A DNA stretch of 64,000 nt, from NCBI GenBank assembly GCA_965279525.1, contig CBDIIB010000004.1:32001-96000 (forward strand), given 5' to 3'. The translations under genes and the position numbers were made by a program. The notes beneath the pieces were generated by a model. The model saw only the letters and a list, made by a program, of their open reading frames with translations. It searched no databases and had not been told where the DNA came from. Source of the DNA: Tagaea sp. (GTDB taxonomy: Bacteria > Pseudomonadota > Alphaproteobacteria > CACIAM-22H2). Shown in pieces: positions 45,462-56,572 of the stretch; the stretch's first letter is position 1; each line of letters opens with the position of its first letter.

Positions 45462-48181
45462 CTCGGCTCCGGCCGGGCTTCGTCGGGCTGCGGATCGACC
45501 GGCAGGTCGACGATCGCGCGCGTACCGTAGCTGTCGATGATCGGGCTTTCCAGCCGAACCGTCCCGCCGTGCGCCTCCACGAGGCCACGACAGATCGCAA
45601 GCCCCAATCCGGTTCCGGCGATCTGCCGGTCGCCCCAGCGCCCATCTTCCCCGCCGCGCACGCGATAGAACTTGTCGAAGACGCGCTCGAGATCGGTGGC
45701 AGGGACGCCTCGGCCGCGGTCCTCGACGGTGATTCGCAGCCGCGAGCCGATTACGGAAATCGCAACGGAGATCGACGTGCTGTCCGGCGAGTATTTGGTC
45801 GCATTGTCGAGAAGATTGTAGAGAGCCTGTCCGAGCAGTGTCGGATCGACACGCAGCAGCGGCAGGTTCGGGCTGGCGGATACGGTCACTTCGCGTGCTG
45901 GAAGTCGCTTGCGCAGTCGCGCCACGGCGGTACCGGCGAGTTCGCGTACATCCGTCCAGTCGCGCCGAAGTGCAAGTGCGCCACCCTCCAGACGTGTCAT
46001 ATCGAGCAGGTTGCCGACGAAACGCGCGAGGCGTTCGGATTCCTCGTGGATCGCGTCAAGGAGCTGCCGGCGCGAATGTTCGTTGAGGCCGCTGCCAGTC
46101 CGCAGCGTGGAAATGGCCCCGGTGATCGTCGAAAGCGGTGTACCGAGATCGTGGCTGATCGACGAGAGCAGTGCGGCCCGCAGCTTCTCGGATTCGGCAA
46201 GCACCTTGGCCTCGCGCATTTCGGCGTCAAGCCGCATGCGGCCAATCGCGATCGCGGCCTGATCGGCAAGCGCGTCCAGCAGGCGACGCGCATCGGGATC
46301 GAGTGATTTGCCATTCGGCGGCCGGATGCCCAGTACGCCGACCGGTCCCGCCGCCGTGCGCATCGGCACATAGAGCCGCTCGGCCGACGGCAGCGTGCCG
46401 GAGCCTAGGCCAGCCGCTTCACCCTTGTCGCGAGCCCAATGGGCGGCCGCCCAATCGCCGGCTGGCAGATCGTCCTCGGGTGGATAGCCGCCGCGCACGA
46501 CAAGTCGCTCGTCCTGGCCGAGCAGCACGACGGTGCCGGCGCCGAGCATCGTCGCCACCTGATGGGCGACGATCCAGACAAGGTCGTCGAGAGCTGCAGC
46601 GGCGGCGAGTTTTCGCGCGAAGTCGTAGAGGGCCGCGGTCGTACGAAAGCGCCGGCGGGCATCGGTCGCCTGCTCGCGAACGCGGCTGGCCTGACTCGAG
46701 AGCAGGACAGCGACGACGACGAAGATCGCCAGCGCCAAGATGTCGCGCGGGTCGCCGATAGTCAGCGTCAGGTAGGGCTCGACGAAGAAGAAGTCGAAAA
46801 CCAATGTGGCCAGCAGCGAGGCATAGAGCGACGGCGACAGGCCGAAGCGTACTGCCGTGTAGATGATCGACGTGAGCAGCAGGATCGGCTCGACGTTCGG
46901 CGTGTCGAACTGCAGGCGAAGCAACCAGCACAGCCCGGCTGCAGCGAAAACGGCACCTGTCGCCTCAATGAATGGCCGTGGCCCCTGGGCCGCACGCGCG
47001 GCAAGCCGGACACGCAATGCGGCGGTGAGCCTTTCGCGCGCCGACGGGCCGTCCGATGGCACGATGTGCACGCCGATCGCATCGTTTGCGCGGATCAACT
47101 CGTGCACGAGAGACCGGCCAAGCCAATCACGCCAGCGCGGCCGTCGGGTCTTGCCGATTACTATTTGGGTGATGTTCTGGCCGCGCGCGAGATCGAGAAT
47201 CTCGGCGACGACGTCGGATGTGGGGATCACGCGCGCCTCGCCGCCGAGCCGATCCGCAAGCTTCAGCGCATCGGCAATGCGCGTCTTTGCGGCCTCGTCG
47301 AGGCTGGCGTGGTGCGGGGTCTCGAAATTGACCGCCATCCATTTGGCACCGATCTGGTCCGCCAACCGCCTGGCCGCGCGAACGATGGGGGCTGGATCGG
47401 GATACGCTGAGATGCAGGCGAGGATGCGCTCGCCCGCCGGCCACGGCCCCGGAATCGCCTGACGCAACATCAGCCCGACCATCTGGTCGTCGACTCGTTC
47501 GGCCGTGCGGCGAAGCGCCAGTTCGCGCAAGGCGGTCAGGTTGCCGGGCCGGAAGAAGTGCTCGACCGCTCGTTCGGCGTTTGCGCCCTTGTATATCTTG
47601 CCTTCCTTAAGACGCTTGATCAGGTCATCCGGCGTGAGATCGACGAGTTCGATCGCGTCGGCGCGCTCGAGTACGGAATCCGGCAGCGTCTCCTGCACCC
47701 GCACGCCGGTGATTTTCGCGACGATGTCGTTGAGGCTTTCGAGGTGCTGGACATTCAGCGTCGTCCAGATATCGATGCCGGCGGCAAGCAACTCCTCGAC
47801 GTCTTGATGGCGCTTGGGGTGACGCGATCCCGGCGCGTTCGTATGAGCGAGTTCGTCGACGAGCAGCAGGCCCGGCCGGCGGGCGAGGGCTGCGTCGATG
47901 TCAAATTCTTCGATCTCGTGCCCGCGATGCACGAGTTTACGGCGGGCGAGGACCTCGAATCCGTCGAGCTTGTCAGTGGTAGCGTCGCGATCATGTGTTT
48001 CGATGATGCCGGCGACGACATCGATCCCCTCGGCCTTGCGCGCCTGAGCTGCTTCAAGCATCGCATAGGTCTTGCCCACGCCGGGGGCAGCACCCAGGAA
48101 CACCTTAAGGCGGCCGGACCCTTCGGTCTTGGCGACCGCCAGTAGCGCATTCGGATCCGGGCGGTCGTCGGCGTTGGTCAT
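45458..48181 (-). CDS. kdpD: Sensor histidine kinase KdpD
   Basis: GAAPGVGKTYAML, VDELAHTN, SSISHDL. Confidence 0.97.
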   Translation of the reverse strand: MTNADDRPDPNALLAVAKTEGSGRLKVFLGAAPGVGKTYAMLEAAQARKAEGIDVVAGIIETHDRDATTDKLDGFEVLARRKLVHRGHEIEEFDIDAALARRPGLLLVDELAHTNAPGSRHPKRHQDVEELLAAGIDIWTTLNVQHLESLNDIVAKITGVRVQETLPDSVLERADAIELVDLTPDDLIKRLKEGKIYKGANAERAVEHFFRPGNLTALRELALRRTAERVDDQMVGLMLRQAIPGPWPAGERILACISAYPDPAPIVRAARRLADQIGAKWMAVNFETPHHASLDEAAKTRIADALKLADRLGGEARVIPTSDVVAEILDLARGQNITQIVIGKTRRPRWRDWLGRSLVHELIRANDAIGVHIVPSDGPSARERLTAALRVRLAARAAQGPRPFIEATGAVFAAAGLCWLLRLQFDTPNVEPILLLTSIIYTAVRFGLSPSLYASLLATLVFDFFFVEPYLTLTIGDPRDILALAIFVVVAVLLSSQASRVREQATDARRRFRTTAALYDFARKLAAAAALDDLVWIVAHQVATMLGAGTVVLLGQDERLVVRGGYPPEDDLPAGDWAAAHWARDKGEAAGLGSGTLPSAERLYVPMRTAAGPVGVLGIRPPNGKSLDPDARRLLDALADQAAIAIGRMRLDAEMREAKVLAESEKLRAALLSSISHDLGTPLSTITGAISTLRTGSGLNEHSRRQLLDAIHEESERLARFVGNLLDMTRLEGGALALRRDWTDVRELAGTAVARLRKRLPAREVTVSASPNLPLLRVDPTLLGQALYNLLDNATKYSPDSTSISVAISVIGSRLRITVEDRGRGVPATDLERVFDKFYRVRGGEDGRWGDRQIAGTGLGLAICRGLVEAHGGTVRLESPIIDSYGTRAIVDLPVDPQPDEARPEPR

Positions 48182-48193
48182 GCAGACTTTCGG

Positions 48194-48754
48194 CTACGGC
48201 CGCAGTGCGTCGAGGGCAAGATTGAGGCCGAGAACATCGACCCGTGGCTGCCCCAGTATGCCGAGTTCCCGGCCGTACGTGAACTGTGTCAACAGGTTCC
48301 GGACCCGGGCTTCCGGTAACCCGAGTGCGGCGGCAACCCGCGCGACCTGGCGCTCGGCGTTTGCAGGCGAGATATGCGGGTCAAGGCCGGATGCGGATGC
48401 CAGAACAGCATCTGCAGGCACCGGCTTCGGCCCTCCAAATGTTTCGACGTCGATCTTCACGCGCTCGATAAGCTTGGCCGACGTCGGCCCTAGATTGGCA
48501 CCGCCGGAAGACGTCGGGTCATAACCGCCGCTGCCGGCGGCAGACGGCCGTCCGTGGAAATATCGGCCGTTGGCGAAATTCTGGCCGATCAGTGCCGATC
48601 CGATGACACGACCGTCGCGTTCGATCAACGAGCCGTTAGCGGAATGGCGAAACGCAATCTGGCCGATACCGGTAACCAGCAGCGGATAGAGCACGCCGCA
48701 AATCACCGAAAACGCGATCAGTAGAACAAAGGCAGGGCGGACATGGACGTACAT
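48194..48754 (-). CDS. kdpC: K+-transporting ATPase subunit C
   Basis: ANGSLI, GSALIGQ, YFHGRPS, SASGLDPHIS. Confidence 0.95.
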   Translation of the reverse strand: MYVHVRPAFVLLIAFSVICGVLYPLLVTGIGQIAFRHSANGSLIERDGRVIGSALIGQNFANGRYFHGRPSAAGSGGYDPTSSGGANLGPTSAKLIERVKIDVETFGGPKPVPADAVLASASGLDPHISPANAERQVARVAAALGLPEARVRNLLTQFTYGRELGILGQPRVDVLGLNLALDALRP

Positions 48755-48762
48755 GGCAAACC

Positions 48763-50802
48763 TCACGCGAGCCCGAGGGCGGAAACGAGAATGTCGACGG
48801 CCTTGATGCCAACGAACGGAACGAGGATGCCGCCCAGCCCGTAGACGAGCAGGTGACGGCGCAGCAGTTCGCCGGCCGGCATCGGGCGATAGGCGATGCC
48901 CTTCAGCGCCAGCGGGATCAAAGCCACAATGATCAGGGCGTTGAAGATCACCGCTGACAAGATGGCGCTTTGCGGCGTGGCCAACCCCATGACATTGAGC
49001 GCGCCTAGCTGCGGGTAGGCGGCGACGAACAGTGCCGGGATGATTGCAAAGTATTTCGCGACGTCGTTGGCGATCGAGAACGTCGTCAGTGCGCCGCGCG
49101 TCATGAGGAGCTGCTTGCCAATGCCGACGACCTCGATCAGCTTGGTCGGGTTCGAATCGAGATCGACCATGTTGCCGGCTTCGCGTGCAGCCTGCGTGCC
49201 GGTCTGCATGGCGAGTCCGACATCGGCCTGGGCGAGGGCGGGCGCGTCGTTCGTACCGTCGCCGCACATCGCGACCAACCGGCCCTTGGCCTGCTCGGCG
49301 CGGATGAAAGCGAGCTTGTCTTCGGGCGTCGCCTCGGCGATGAAATCGTCCACGCCAGCCTCGGCGGCAATGGCCGCGGCGGTCAACTTGTTGTCGCCGG
49401 TGACCATCACAGTGCGCACGCCCATCCGGCGAAGCTCGGCAAAGCGCTCGCGGATTCCGGCCTTGACGATGTCCTTCAGGTAGATGATGCCGAGGAGACG
49501 AGTACCTGTGGTACCCGTCTCCGCGACAGCCAGTGGCGTGCCGCCGCTGCGCGCGATGCGTTCGACCTGTTCAGCCACCACCGTCGGCAGCGGGACGCCT
49601 GCGAACCGTACGATAGAATCGACGGCCCCTTTGCGGATCCGCCGTCCCGGCAGGTCGACACCGGAAATCCTGGTCTGCGCAGTGAAGGGGACGAACACGG
49701 CCGAAGGGTCGCCGGCGGGCGCCGCTCCAAGCCGTTCCTGGGCGAGACGGACAATCGAGCGTCCTTCGGGCGTCTCGTCGGCGAGCGAAGCGAGAAGGGC
49801 CGCCTCGGCGAGCTCCCGCTCTGATACGCCCAGTGCGGGCACGAAGGCCGTCGCCATGCGATCGCCCAGCGTGATCGTCCCGGTCTTGTCGAGCAGCAGC
49901 ACATCGACGTCGCCGGCCGCTTCGACCGCGCGGCCCGACGTCGCCAGCACGTTGAACTTCACTAGCCGGTCCATGCCCGCGATCCCAATCGCCGAGAGCA
50001 GACCGCCTATGGTGGTAGGGATCAACGTCACGAACAGCGCGACCAGAACCGTCAACGACAGGGCAGCTCCGGCGTAGGCCGCGAATGCTGGCAGCGTCGC
50101 GACGACCACGACGAAGATCAGCGACATCCCGGCGAGAAGAATGTTCAGCGCGATCTCGTTGGGCGTCTTCTGCCGAGAGGCTCCTTCGACGAGGGCAATC
50201 ATCCGGTCGAGGAAGCTCGATCCCTGTGCCGCCGTGATCTTGACCTTGATCCAATCCGACAGCACGACCGTGCCACCGGTGACGGCCGATCGGTCGCCGC
50301 CAGACTCCCGGATGACCGGGGCAGATTCGCCGGTGATGGCGCTTTCATTGACCGACGCGATGCCTTCGACGACGGAGCCGTCGCCCGGGATCGTGTCGCC
50401 CGCCTCGACCATGACGACGTCGCCAACCTCTAGCTCGGTCGCGGACACCTTCTCGTATATGTCGCCGGGGCCGTATACGATTCGCTTGGCCCAGGTCTCG
50501 GTCTTCACCTTGCGCAACGCGTCGGCCTGCGCCTTGCCGCGCCCTTCGGCGACGGCTTCGGCGAGATTGGCGAACAGGACGGTGAACCAAAGCCAGGCCG
50601 CGATCTGCCCGGAGAATCCCGCTGCCTGGTCGCCGGCAAGATCCCGGGCGAAGGTGAGAGTTGCGACGCCAGCAACCACAGCAGTGACGAAGATGACCGG
50701 ATTGCGGACGAGGCCGCGCGGATCGAGCTTGGCGAAAGCCGCGCGGACAGCCGGCAACAGGATCGCGGGGTCGAAAAGCGAGATTTCCTTGGCGCGTGCC
50801 AT
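48763..50802 (-). CDS. kdpB: K+-transporting P-type ATPase subunit B
   Basis: [17 protein letters not shown]. Confidence 0.97.
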   Translation of the reverse strand: MARAKEISLFDPAILLPAVRAAFAKLDPRGLVRNPVIFVTAVVAGVATLTFARDLAGDQAAGFSGQIAAWLWFTVLFANLAEAVAEGRGKAQADALRKVKTETWAKRIVYGPGDIYEKVSATELEVGDVVMVEAGDTIPGDGSVVEGIASVNESAITGESAPVIRESGGDRSAVTGGTVVLSDWIKVKITAAQGSSFLDRMIALVEGASRQKTPNEIALNILLAGMSLIFVVVVATLPAFAAYAGAALSLTVLVALFVTLIPTTIGGLLSAIGIAGMDRLVKFNVLATSGRAVEAAGDVDVLLLDKTGTITLGDRMATAFVPALGVSERELAEAALLASLADETPEGRSIVRLAQERLGAAPAGDPSAVFVPFTAQTRISGVDLPGRRIRKGAVDSIVRFAGVPLPTVVAEQVERIARSGGTPLAVAETGTTGTRLLGIIYLKDIVKAGIRERFAELRRMGVRTVMVTGDNKLTAAAIAAEAGVDDFIAEATPEDKLAFIRAEQAKGRLVAMCGDGTNDAPALAQADVGLAMQTGTQAAREAGNMVDLDSNPTKLIEVVGIGKQLLMTRGALTTFSIANDVAKYFAIIPALFVAAYPQLGALNVMGLATPQSAILSAVIFNALIIVALIPLALKGIAYRPMPAGELLRRHLLVYGLGGILVPFVGIKAVDILVSALGLA

Positions 50803-50826
50803 GGTCGTTGTTCCTTTGCTGCGCGA

Positions 50827-52536
50827 TCAGAAGGTCTGGCCGGCAAGCATCGCGAAATGCTCGACGATCGGACCGAGAGCGAGGGCCGGGAAGAAGCTGA
50901 GGCCGCCGACGACCAGGATCGTGCCGGCAAGCAGCACGACAAACAGCGGCCCGTCGGTCGGGAATGTGCCATCGGAGGCGGGCACGCGCTTCTTGGCGGC
51001 AAGTGCACCAGCCAGGGCGAGCACCGGCACGATGATCGCGAAGCGCCCGACCAACATGGCGATCCCAAGCGTTGTATTCCAGAAGTGCACATTGGCTGTG
51101 AGGCCGGCAAAGGCCGAGCCGTTGTTGCCGACGGCCGACGTATAGGCGTAGAGCGCCTCGGAGAAGCCGTGCGGGCCGGCGTTGTTGAGCCCGTCGAGCG
51201 CGCCCGGCCAGAGCAGGGCGAGGGCCGTAAAGGCCAGAATGAGGACTGGCGGGACAAGTACGACGAGACTTGCGAGCTTGACTTCGCGCGCCTCGATCTT
51301 CTTGCCGAGATATTCCGGTGTGCGCCCGACCATCAGGCCGGCGACGAATACCGCAATCACCGCGTAGACCAGCAGGCCATAGAGACCGGAGCCGACGCCG
51401 CCGAACACGATCTCGCCGAGTTGGATCATGAACATTGGCACGAGGCCGCCGAGCGGCGTGAAACTGTCATGCATCGCGTTGACCGAGCCATTGGAGGCGG
51501 CGGTGGTGACCACGGCCCAGATCGCCGACCAGGCGATACCGAAACGGGTCTCCTTGCCCTCCATGTTGCCGTCGGCGGGATCGAGACCAAGTGCGATCAG
51601 GATCGGGTTGCCGGCGGCTTCGGCTGCATAGCAGGCCAAGAGACCGCCGAGCAGAAGTAGGGTCATCGTCGCGAGCAGGACGGTTCCCTGGCGCGAGGCA
51701 CCGACCATCCGGCCGAACGTGACGGCGAGGGCGGCCGGGATTGCCAGGATCGCCCACAACGACAGTAGGTTCGTCCACCCGTTCGGGTTCTCGAACGGGT
51801 GGGCGGAGTTGGCGTTGAAGAATCCGCCGCCGTTGGTGCCGAGTTGCTTGATCGCGATCTGCGAGGCGACCGGGCCCAGCGCGATCGTCTGTGAGGCGCC
51901 TTCGAGCGTTGTTGCCTCGACATTGGCCGAAAAGGTCTGCGGCATGCCGAACGCTACGAAGGCGATGGCCAGAACCAGCGAGACCGGAAGCAAAACATAA
52001 AGAGTCCCGCGCGTCAGGTCCGCCCAGAAGTTGCCCACGCCACGCGCTTCGACGCGCGCAAACCCGCGCGCCAGCGCCAATGCCAGTGCGATGCCGGTCG
52101 CCGCGGAAACGAAGTTCTGCGTTGCGAGACCGACCATCTGCGACAGGTGGCTCATCGTCGACTCGCCGGCATAGGACTGCCAGTTCGTATTGGTGACGAA
52201 GCTCACGGCCGTATTGAACGCCAGATGCGCATCGACCGAAGAGAGATCGTTGGGATTGAGCGGCAGCACGTCCTGTAGCCGCAGTAGCGCATAAAGCAGG
52301 ACGAAACCTGCGGCGTTGAAGGCAAGCATCGCGCCGACATAGCCGAGCCAGCCCTGATCGCGCGTCGCATCGATGCCGGCAACCCGGTAGAGACCGGCCT
52401 CGACGCGCCCGACGAGTGGGGACAAAAATGTCCGTTCGCCAGCGAAGACGCGCGCCATGTAAACGCCCAGCGGGACGGCACTGGCGAGGACCAGGCCAAC
52501 GACAAGCAGAATCTGCAGCCATCCCATCGGGGTCAT
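50827..52536 (-). CDS. kdpA: K+-transporting ATPase subunit A
   Basis: TNTNWQ, TNGGG, SNGS, NNGSAF selectivity motifs. Confidence 0.97.
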   Translation of the reverse strand: MTPMGWLQILLVVGLVLASAVPLGVYMARVFAGERTFLSPLVGRVEAGLYRVAGIDATRDQGWLGYVGAMLAFNAAGFVLLYALLRLQDVLPLNPNDLSSVDAHLAFNTAVSFVTNTNWQSYAGESTMSHLSQMVGLATQNFVSAATGIALALALARGFARVEARGVGNFWADLTRGTLYVLLPVSLVLAIAFVAFGMPQTFSANVEATTLEGASQTIALGPVASQIAIKQLGTNGGGFFNANSAHPFENPNGWTNLLSLWAILAIPAALAVTFGRMVGASRQGTVLLATMTLLLLGGLLACYAAEAAGNPILIALGLDPADGNMEGKETRFGIAWSAIWAVVTTAASNGSVNAMHDSFTPLGGLVPMFMIQLGEIVFGGVGSGLYGLLVYAVIAVFVAGLMVGRTPEYLGKKIEAREVKLASLVVLVPPVLILAFTALALLWPGALDGLNNAGPHGFSEALYAYTSAVGNNGSAFAGLTANVHFWNTTLGIAMLVGRFAIIVPVLALAGALAAKKRVPASDGTFPTDGPLFVVLLAGTILVVGGLSFFPALALGPIVEHFAMLAGQTF

Positions 52537-52564
52537 GGCAGGTACTCCGGTTCTCTCGTGTGTT

Positions 52565-52651
52565 TCAGAATTTCTCGGGCGCCAGCAGGGCGACCGCGAG
52601 ATAGATAAAAAGGGCGATTGCGACCGCGCTGCCCAGGATCAGCTCGAACAT
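52565..52651 (-). CDS. kdpF: KdpF peptide (28 aa)
   Basis: [28 protein letters not shown]. Confidence 0.92.
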   Translation of the reverse strand: MFELILGSAVAIALFIYLAVALLAPEKF

Positions 52652-52661
52652 CGGATATCCC

Positions 52662-52745
52662 TCACAGCCGCGTGCAGGCGCGCGCGAACAGCGCCATCGC
52701 GGCGAACAGGCCGGTCCCGAGTGCCAAATAGAGAAGGTCTTCCAT
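52662..52745 (-). CDS. 27-aa hydrophobic peptide upstream of kdpF
   Basis: GGAGG RBS; MEDLLYLALGTGLFAAMALFARACTRL*. Confidence 0.75.
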   Translation of the reverse strand: MEDLLYLALGTGLFAAMALFARACTRL

Positions 52746-52820
52746 GTCCGCCTCCAACGTTGAGGCCGGGACTATGGATCCGAGTGCCGTAGCCGTTCGA
52801 TGCGGAACTCAGGGCTGTGG

Positions 52821-52838
52821 CATAAGGATTTCATAAGG
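52821..52838 (-). promoter_or_regulatory. Putative KdpE binding site
   Basis: Direct repeat CCTTATG-aaat-CCTTATG (11-bp period) upstream of the kdp operon. Confidence 0.6.
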
Positions 52839-52852
52839 GCGATTTATTGCTC

Positions 52853-52954
52853 TTGGTTTCCACCCATTTCCCTCCGTTGCCGGAAGTCATGGAAACCGCC
52901 TCGAAATCATCGAATAGTCGAGAAACTGGGGGACTGGGAGTCGTTGGTTCGAAT
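52853..52954 (+). repeat. att junction 4 (degenerate): arm plus truncated tRNA-Pro core
   Basis: TTGGTTTCCAcccATTTCC...TGGAAAC...GAAATCAT.GAATA then CTGGGGGACTGGGaGTCGttGGTTCGAAT. Confidence 0.85.
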
Positions 52955-52985
52955 ACGGCAAATCACGGGCTCAGGCCGCGCCCTG

Positions 52986-53312
52986 TCATCGGCGGAGCGA
53001 TAGAATATACGCCACGATATCGTTGATCTCGTTTCTGGTCAGGGCATTGCTCGGCATGCGCTGATGCGGGGTCTGCAGCAGGACGTTGAGACTGATCGAA
53101 GTGGTCGAGGTAAGTGCTGCAACTGCAGCAAAAGCCGGGGCCGGATCGAGGGCACTCGATTGCCCGGATTCGCCCGTGTTGTGGCACGAGGCGCACAAGC
53201 GCTCGGATGTCTCGCGGCCGCGATCCGCGTCGCCGGCAGACTGTGCGATGGCTACCGGTGCGGACGCAATTATCGCTCCAAAGACGAGTGGAATGAGTGC
53301 GCGCTTCAACAT
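52986..53312 (-). CDS. Small c-type cytochrome
   Basis: Signal peptide, CASCH haem motif, MP distal ligand. Confidence 0.88.
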   Translation of the reverse strand: MLKRALIPLVFGAIIASAPVAIAQSAGDADRGRETSERLCASCHNTGESGQSSALDPAPAFAAVAALTSTTSISLNVLLQTPHQRMPSNALTRNEINDIVAYILSLRR

Positions 53313-53656
53313 CTTCTGTCCTGCCTGACTGCGGCCGCCAGTTTGCGTTTGCCGTTAACCGACGCTAGCGACCGGCGTTTCGGCAGTACAGGTTCGGATT
53401 CTACCCAATCCAGCCGTCAGCCAGATCTTGAACTGGCGTTCCACACTATCGGATTTCGGCGATCGGCCCCGGTGAAGTTCGGCCAGATCCAGCCTCTCGA
53501 ACCGGTCGTCGAGATGCAGCAATCTCTCATTCTGCTTGGTTCAAGAACTCGGTCAGATCATTCGTCGTGTTCATCGCGGCAAGCGAGGCGATCTGGTTCA
53601 TGAGCTGGCGACGCAGGTCGCGCGACGGCAAATGAGCGGTGGCTTCCGGAAATGAA

Positions 53657-53686
53657 AAGGCCCGCCACTTCGCAGTGGCGGGCCTT
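53657..53686 (-). terminator. Rho-independent terminator
   Basis: AAGGCCCGCCACT-tcgc-AGTGGCGGGCCTT with T-run on the minus strand. Confidence 0.8.
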
Positions 53687-53711
53687 CCTGCGTCAGGCGT
53701 GTCCGGCGAGG

Positions 53712-53954
53712 CTAGCGCCAGATCGGCCGGCCGAGATTGATCTGGCTCTCGTTCGTGAGGGCACCGGTACCGGCACCCACGGCACCGCCGATCAGCGCAC
53801 CCTCGATCGGAGCGCCGACGATGAGCCCGCCAAGCGCACCGACACCGGCACCGATGCCGGCACCGCTCATCGCGCGATCGCCCGTGCTGTTTCCGCAAGC
53901 GGACAGCGCAAGCATCAGGGCGAACAGGGATCCCGTCGATATGATGCGTTTCAT
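53712..53954 (-). CDS. Glycine-zipper lipoprotein (80 aa)
   Basis: LSAC lipobox; GAGIGAGVGA..GALIGGAVGAGTGA; GAGGAG RBS. Confidence 0.85.
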   Translation of the reverse strand: MKRIISTGSLFALMLALSACGNSTGDRAMSGAGIGAGVGALGGLIVGAPIEGALIGGAVGAGTGALTNESQINLGRPIWR

Positions 53955-54097
53955 GTTCCGTCTCCTCGTGTACTTTCCCGAACCGGGCAGGATTGCGCGG
54001 GTGTGGGGTGCAATTGCCGCTCGATGGGCAACCCTGTCTTCGATTGTCTGGATATGGTTGAACGGCCGGACCCGGCCGGATATTCCGTCCGTGCGCG

Positions 54098-54556
54098 CTA
54101 GCCGGGCAGCTTGCGGCCGGCCATGAACCCGCCGACGAGGGCGAGTGCTGCCAGCTGCATCGGCGAGAGTGACTTCGAGAGCTGGGCCAGCCCGGCCAGC
54201 GCAGGGGCGGCGGATGCCGCACCGTTGCCGGTCAGTGTGTCGATCACGGCTGCAAGGCCGTCGGTCTGGATGGCGTTGCCGGGAGCCGCCTTGGTTCCTT
54301 CTCTCAGATGCTTGCGGCAGCCGACCGCCAGTGCCGCGACCGCCGCGGCACCGACGGCGAACGCAGCGGCAAGGATAATCGCCGCTTCCGGGGCAGTGAA
54401 GCCGTCGAGCAATGCCCGATAGACGGCAAGGCTCACGAACCCCAGGGCGATGGCACCGAAGGCCCACGACGTCGCCACGACCAGAAGCCATGCGGCGCGT
54501 CGTTCGAGCCACCCGTCCATTGCATCGCGGACCGGAAGCAGGAGAGGTGCGAGCAC
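54098..54556 (-). CDS. Hypothetical membrane protein
   Basis: Hydrophobic segments; directly downstream of the ElaB-like gene. Confidence 0.55.
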   Translation of the reverse strand: MLAPLLLPVRDAMDGWLERRAAWLLVVATSWAFGAIALGFVSLAVYRALLDGFTAPEAAIILAAAFAVGAAAVAALAVGCRKHLREGTKAAPGNAIQTDGLAAVIDTLTGNGAASAAPALAGLAQLSKSLSPMQLAALALVGGFMAGRKLPG

Positions 54557-54562
54557 TGCCCG

Positions 54563-54877
54563 TCAGCCGCGCGAGCGGGTGACGAGGGCGATCGACATGC
54601 CGATGCCGAACGCGATCAGCACCGCCATCAGCGGATTGTGCTCGATCCCGGCCTCGACCTTGGCGCCGACAGCCTTGACCTGCGTCCGGGCATCTGCGGC
54701 CGTGTCGGAGATCTTGTGTCCGACATCGGAAACGACTTCGGCGACGCGAGATCCTGCGGAGCTTGCCTGATGCTGGATCATGGTGCCGACGGATTCCGCA
54801 AGCTTCCCGACTTCTTCGCGCAGGGCGGCAATGTCGTTCGAGAAGTCACCGATGGGCGGATCGATATGCTTTGTCAT
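54563..54877 (-). CDS. DUF883/ElaB/YqjD-family membrane-anchored protein
   Basis: DIAALREEV...IEHNPLMAVLIAFGIG tail anchor. Confidence 0.85.
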   Translation of the reverse strand: MTKHIDPPIGDFSNDIAALREEVGKLAESVGTMIQHQASSAGSRVAEVVSDVGHKISDTAADARTQVKAVGAKVEAGIEHNPLMAVLIAFGIGMSIALVTRSRG

Positions 54878-54968
54878 CTGTATTTCCATTCTCGGCAGCT
54901 GTTCGCTGCCGTTGCGGGGTTGAGAGTTGTTGGGGTGGAGCGGTGTGGGAACAATCGCACGTGACAAC

Positions 54969-55424
54969 TCACAAGGATGGAGCGCCGATCGAGATCCATT
55001 GCGATGTCGCGCCGTCGAAGCGGACGGCGTCGGCATTCTGGAGGGACTGCCGCGATGCCCGGATGACGAGGAGGTTGCTGTTGCGCCGGTCGGCGATCTC
55101 GACGGAATCGATCGGGATCTCGATATTCTTGTCGCCCGTACCGAGTGTCGCTCCGACGCCGACGATCAGGCCCGTGATCCGGCCGGTGACCGGCGACATG
55201 ACGACGTCGCTGACCCGGCCGATGACGATATTGCCCGTGCCATGGACATCGCGATTGAACCAGTCCAACGGTGGTGTTGCATGGATCAATTCTCCGGTCG
55301 GGAGCGCAGGACGCTGAGGCGACCGGACTTCGGTTCGCGGCGCCCATGCCGTGCGGTCAGCCGTCGCGATGTCGTCCGTGACGAGGAACACGAGGGCGAA
55401 TGCCAGGATCGTTGCCGTCTTCAT
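54969..55424 (-). CDS. PRC-barrel domain protein
   Basis: IGRVSDVV...LIVGVGATLGTGDKNIEIP. Confidence 0.75.
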   Translation of the reverse strand: MKTATILAFALVFLVTDDIATADRTAWAPRTEVRSPQRPALPTGELIHATPPLDWFNRDVHGTGNIVIGRVSDVVMSPVTGRITGLIVGVGATLGTGDKNIEIPIDSVEIADRRNSNLLVIRASRQSLQNADAVRFDGATSQWISIGAPSL

Positions 55425-55470
55425 CGACTTGCGCTCCCCCGGTTTCCGGACAGGATCGAAGCATAGGCCG

Positions 55471-56100
55471 CTAGCGGACCGCTGCGGCAGCCTCGGAAAG
55501 TACCCTATCGGCTTCGAGTGGCGGACCGACTCGTGACAAGGCATCGACCGCATGCACGTCGATGCTCGCGGGAATCGCGGAACGAAGGACGGTCCGCGCG
55601 CGTGCGATCTCGAGTCCGTCGCCATGTGCCATGACAAGGCATCCGTTGGCGTTGACTGCGAACTCGTAACGCACGACGTGTTCTCCCGGAATTCCGATGC
55701 CGCTCAGCACGGTGCCCAGCCGGGCCATCGATGCGGCGGCTCCGTCGGCGAAGTCCGTCGCCCGCCTGGCGAGATACCCCAGTGCCACGACCGGGGTGGA
55801 TGGTTCGGCGGGCGCGACATTTGCGTCGAGAAGCGTGCTTTCTATCTCACTCCAGAATGCGGTCCGATTACCAGCGTGGCGGGCCGGAGCCGCACCATTT
55901 GCAGGAGAAAGACCAGGTCCTCGCCGGGGATACCCTTTGCCGACGATGCTAAGGCTCCCCGTTCCGAAGCCGACATCGATCAGTCGCATGATGGCCGGCC
56001 CGGCTTCACGATGATCGGCAAAGATGGCGACGACGATGTCGGCGATCCTGATGGACTGGGTCGCGAGTTGGGGCGAAGCAGGGCGGCGTCGATGGGGCAC
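55471..56100 (-). CDS. General-stress-protein-like hypothetical (possibly decayed)
   Basis: VVAIFADH, LSIVGKGY, LSGIGIP, YEFAV, LVMAHG. Confidence 0.55.
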   Translation of the reverse strand: MPHRRRPASPQLATQSIRIADIVVAIFADHREAGPAIMRLIDVGFGTGSLSIVGKGYPRRGPGLSPANGAAPARHAGNRTAFWSEIESTLLDANVAPAEPSTPVVALGYLARRATDFADGAAASMARLGTVLSGIGIPGEHVVRYEFAVNANGCLVMAHGDGLEIARARTVLRSAIPASIDVHAVDALSRVGPPLEADRVLSEAAAAVR

Positions 56101-56572
56101 GTCATGTGTCTTTCGTTCGGGGAATTGTCCGACTGATCCTTAAAACAATGACAGCCACTGGAGGGTTGGCGGCAGGGTCGGAAAATACCTACGCGCGGAC
56201 CGGGTACTCAGGCCGGAGATATCCGCTGCAATTCGAGGGATTTGACGCACAGCGACTCATGCGTGTCTGTGATGCCGGTTGCGGCGCCACGACTGGAAAG
56301 CCGCGTTCGTCCGATGGAGCTCGCTCGAAGGATCGAGTCATTCGAAAGCAGGCGTGTCGTGCCGCCGCCCGCGCGATGTCGTCGGGTTTTCGGATTCACG
56401 GAACGGGCAATTTTGTGTCGCGTTCGTGCAGGAGCGTTCGGGTACTTACCTTCGGAAAGTACTCAGTCAGATTCGGCGAATATGCGCGTCAATTTCGAAA
56501 CGTGTCGTCTGTATCCGTGGTAGCCTCGCTACTCGAACGGGTATCGGCCGCGACATCAAAGAAAGAACCAGA

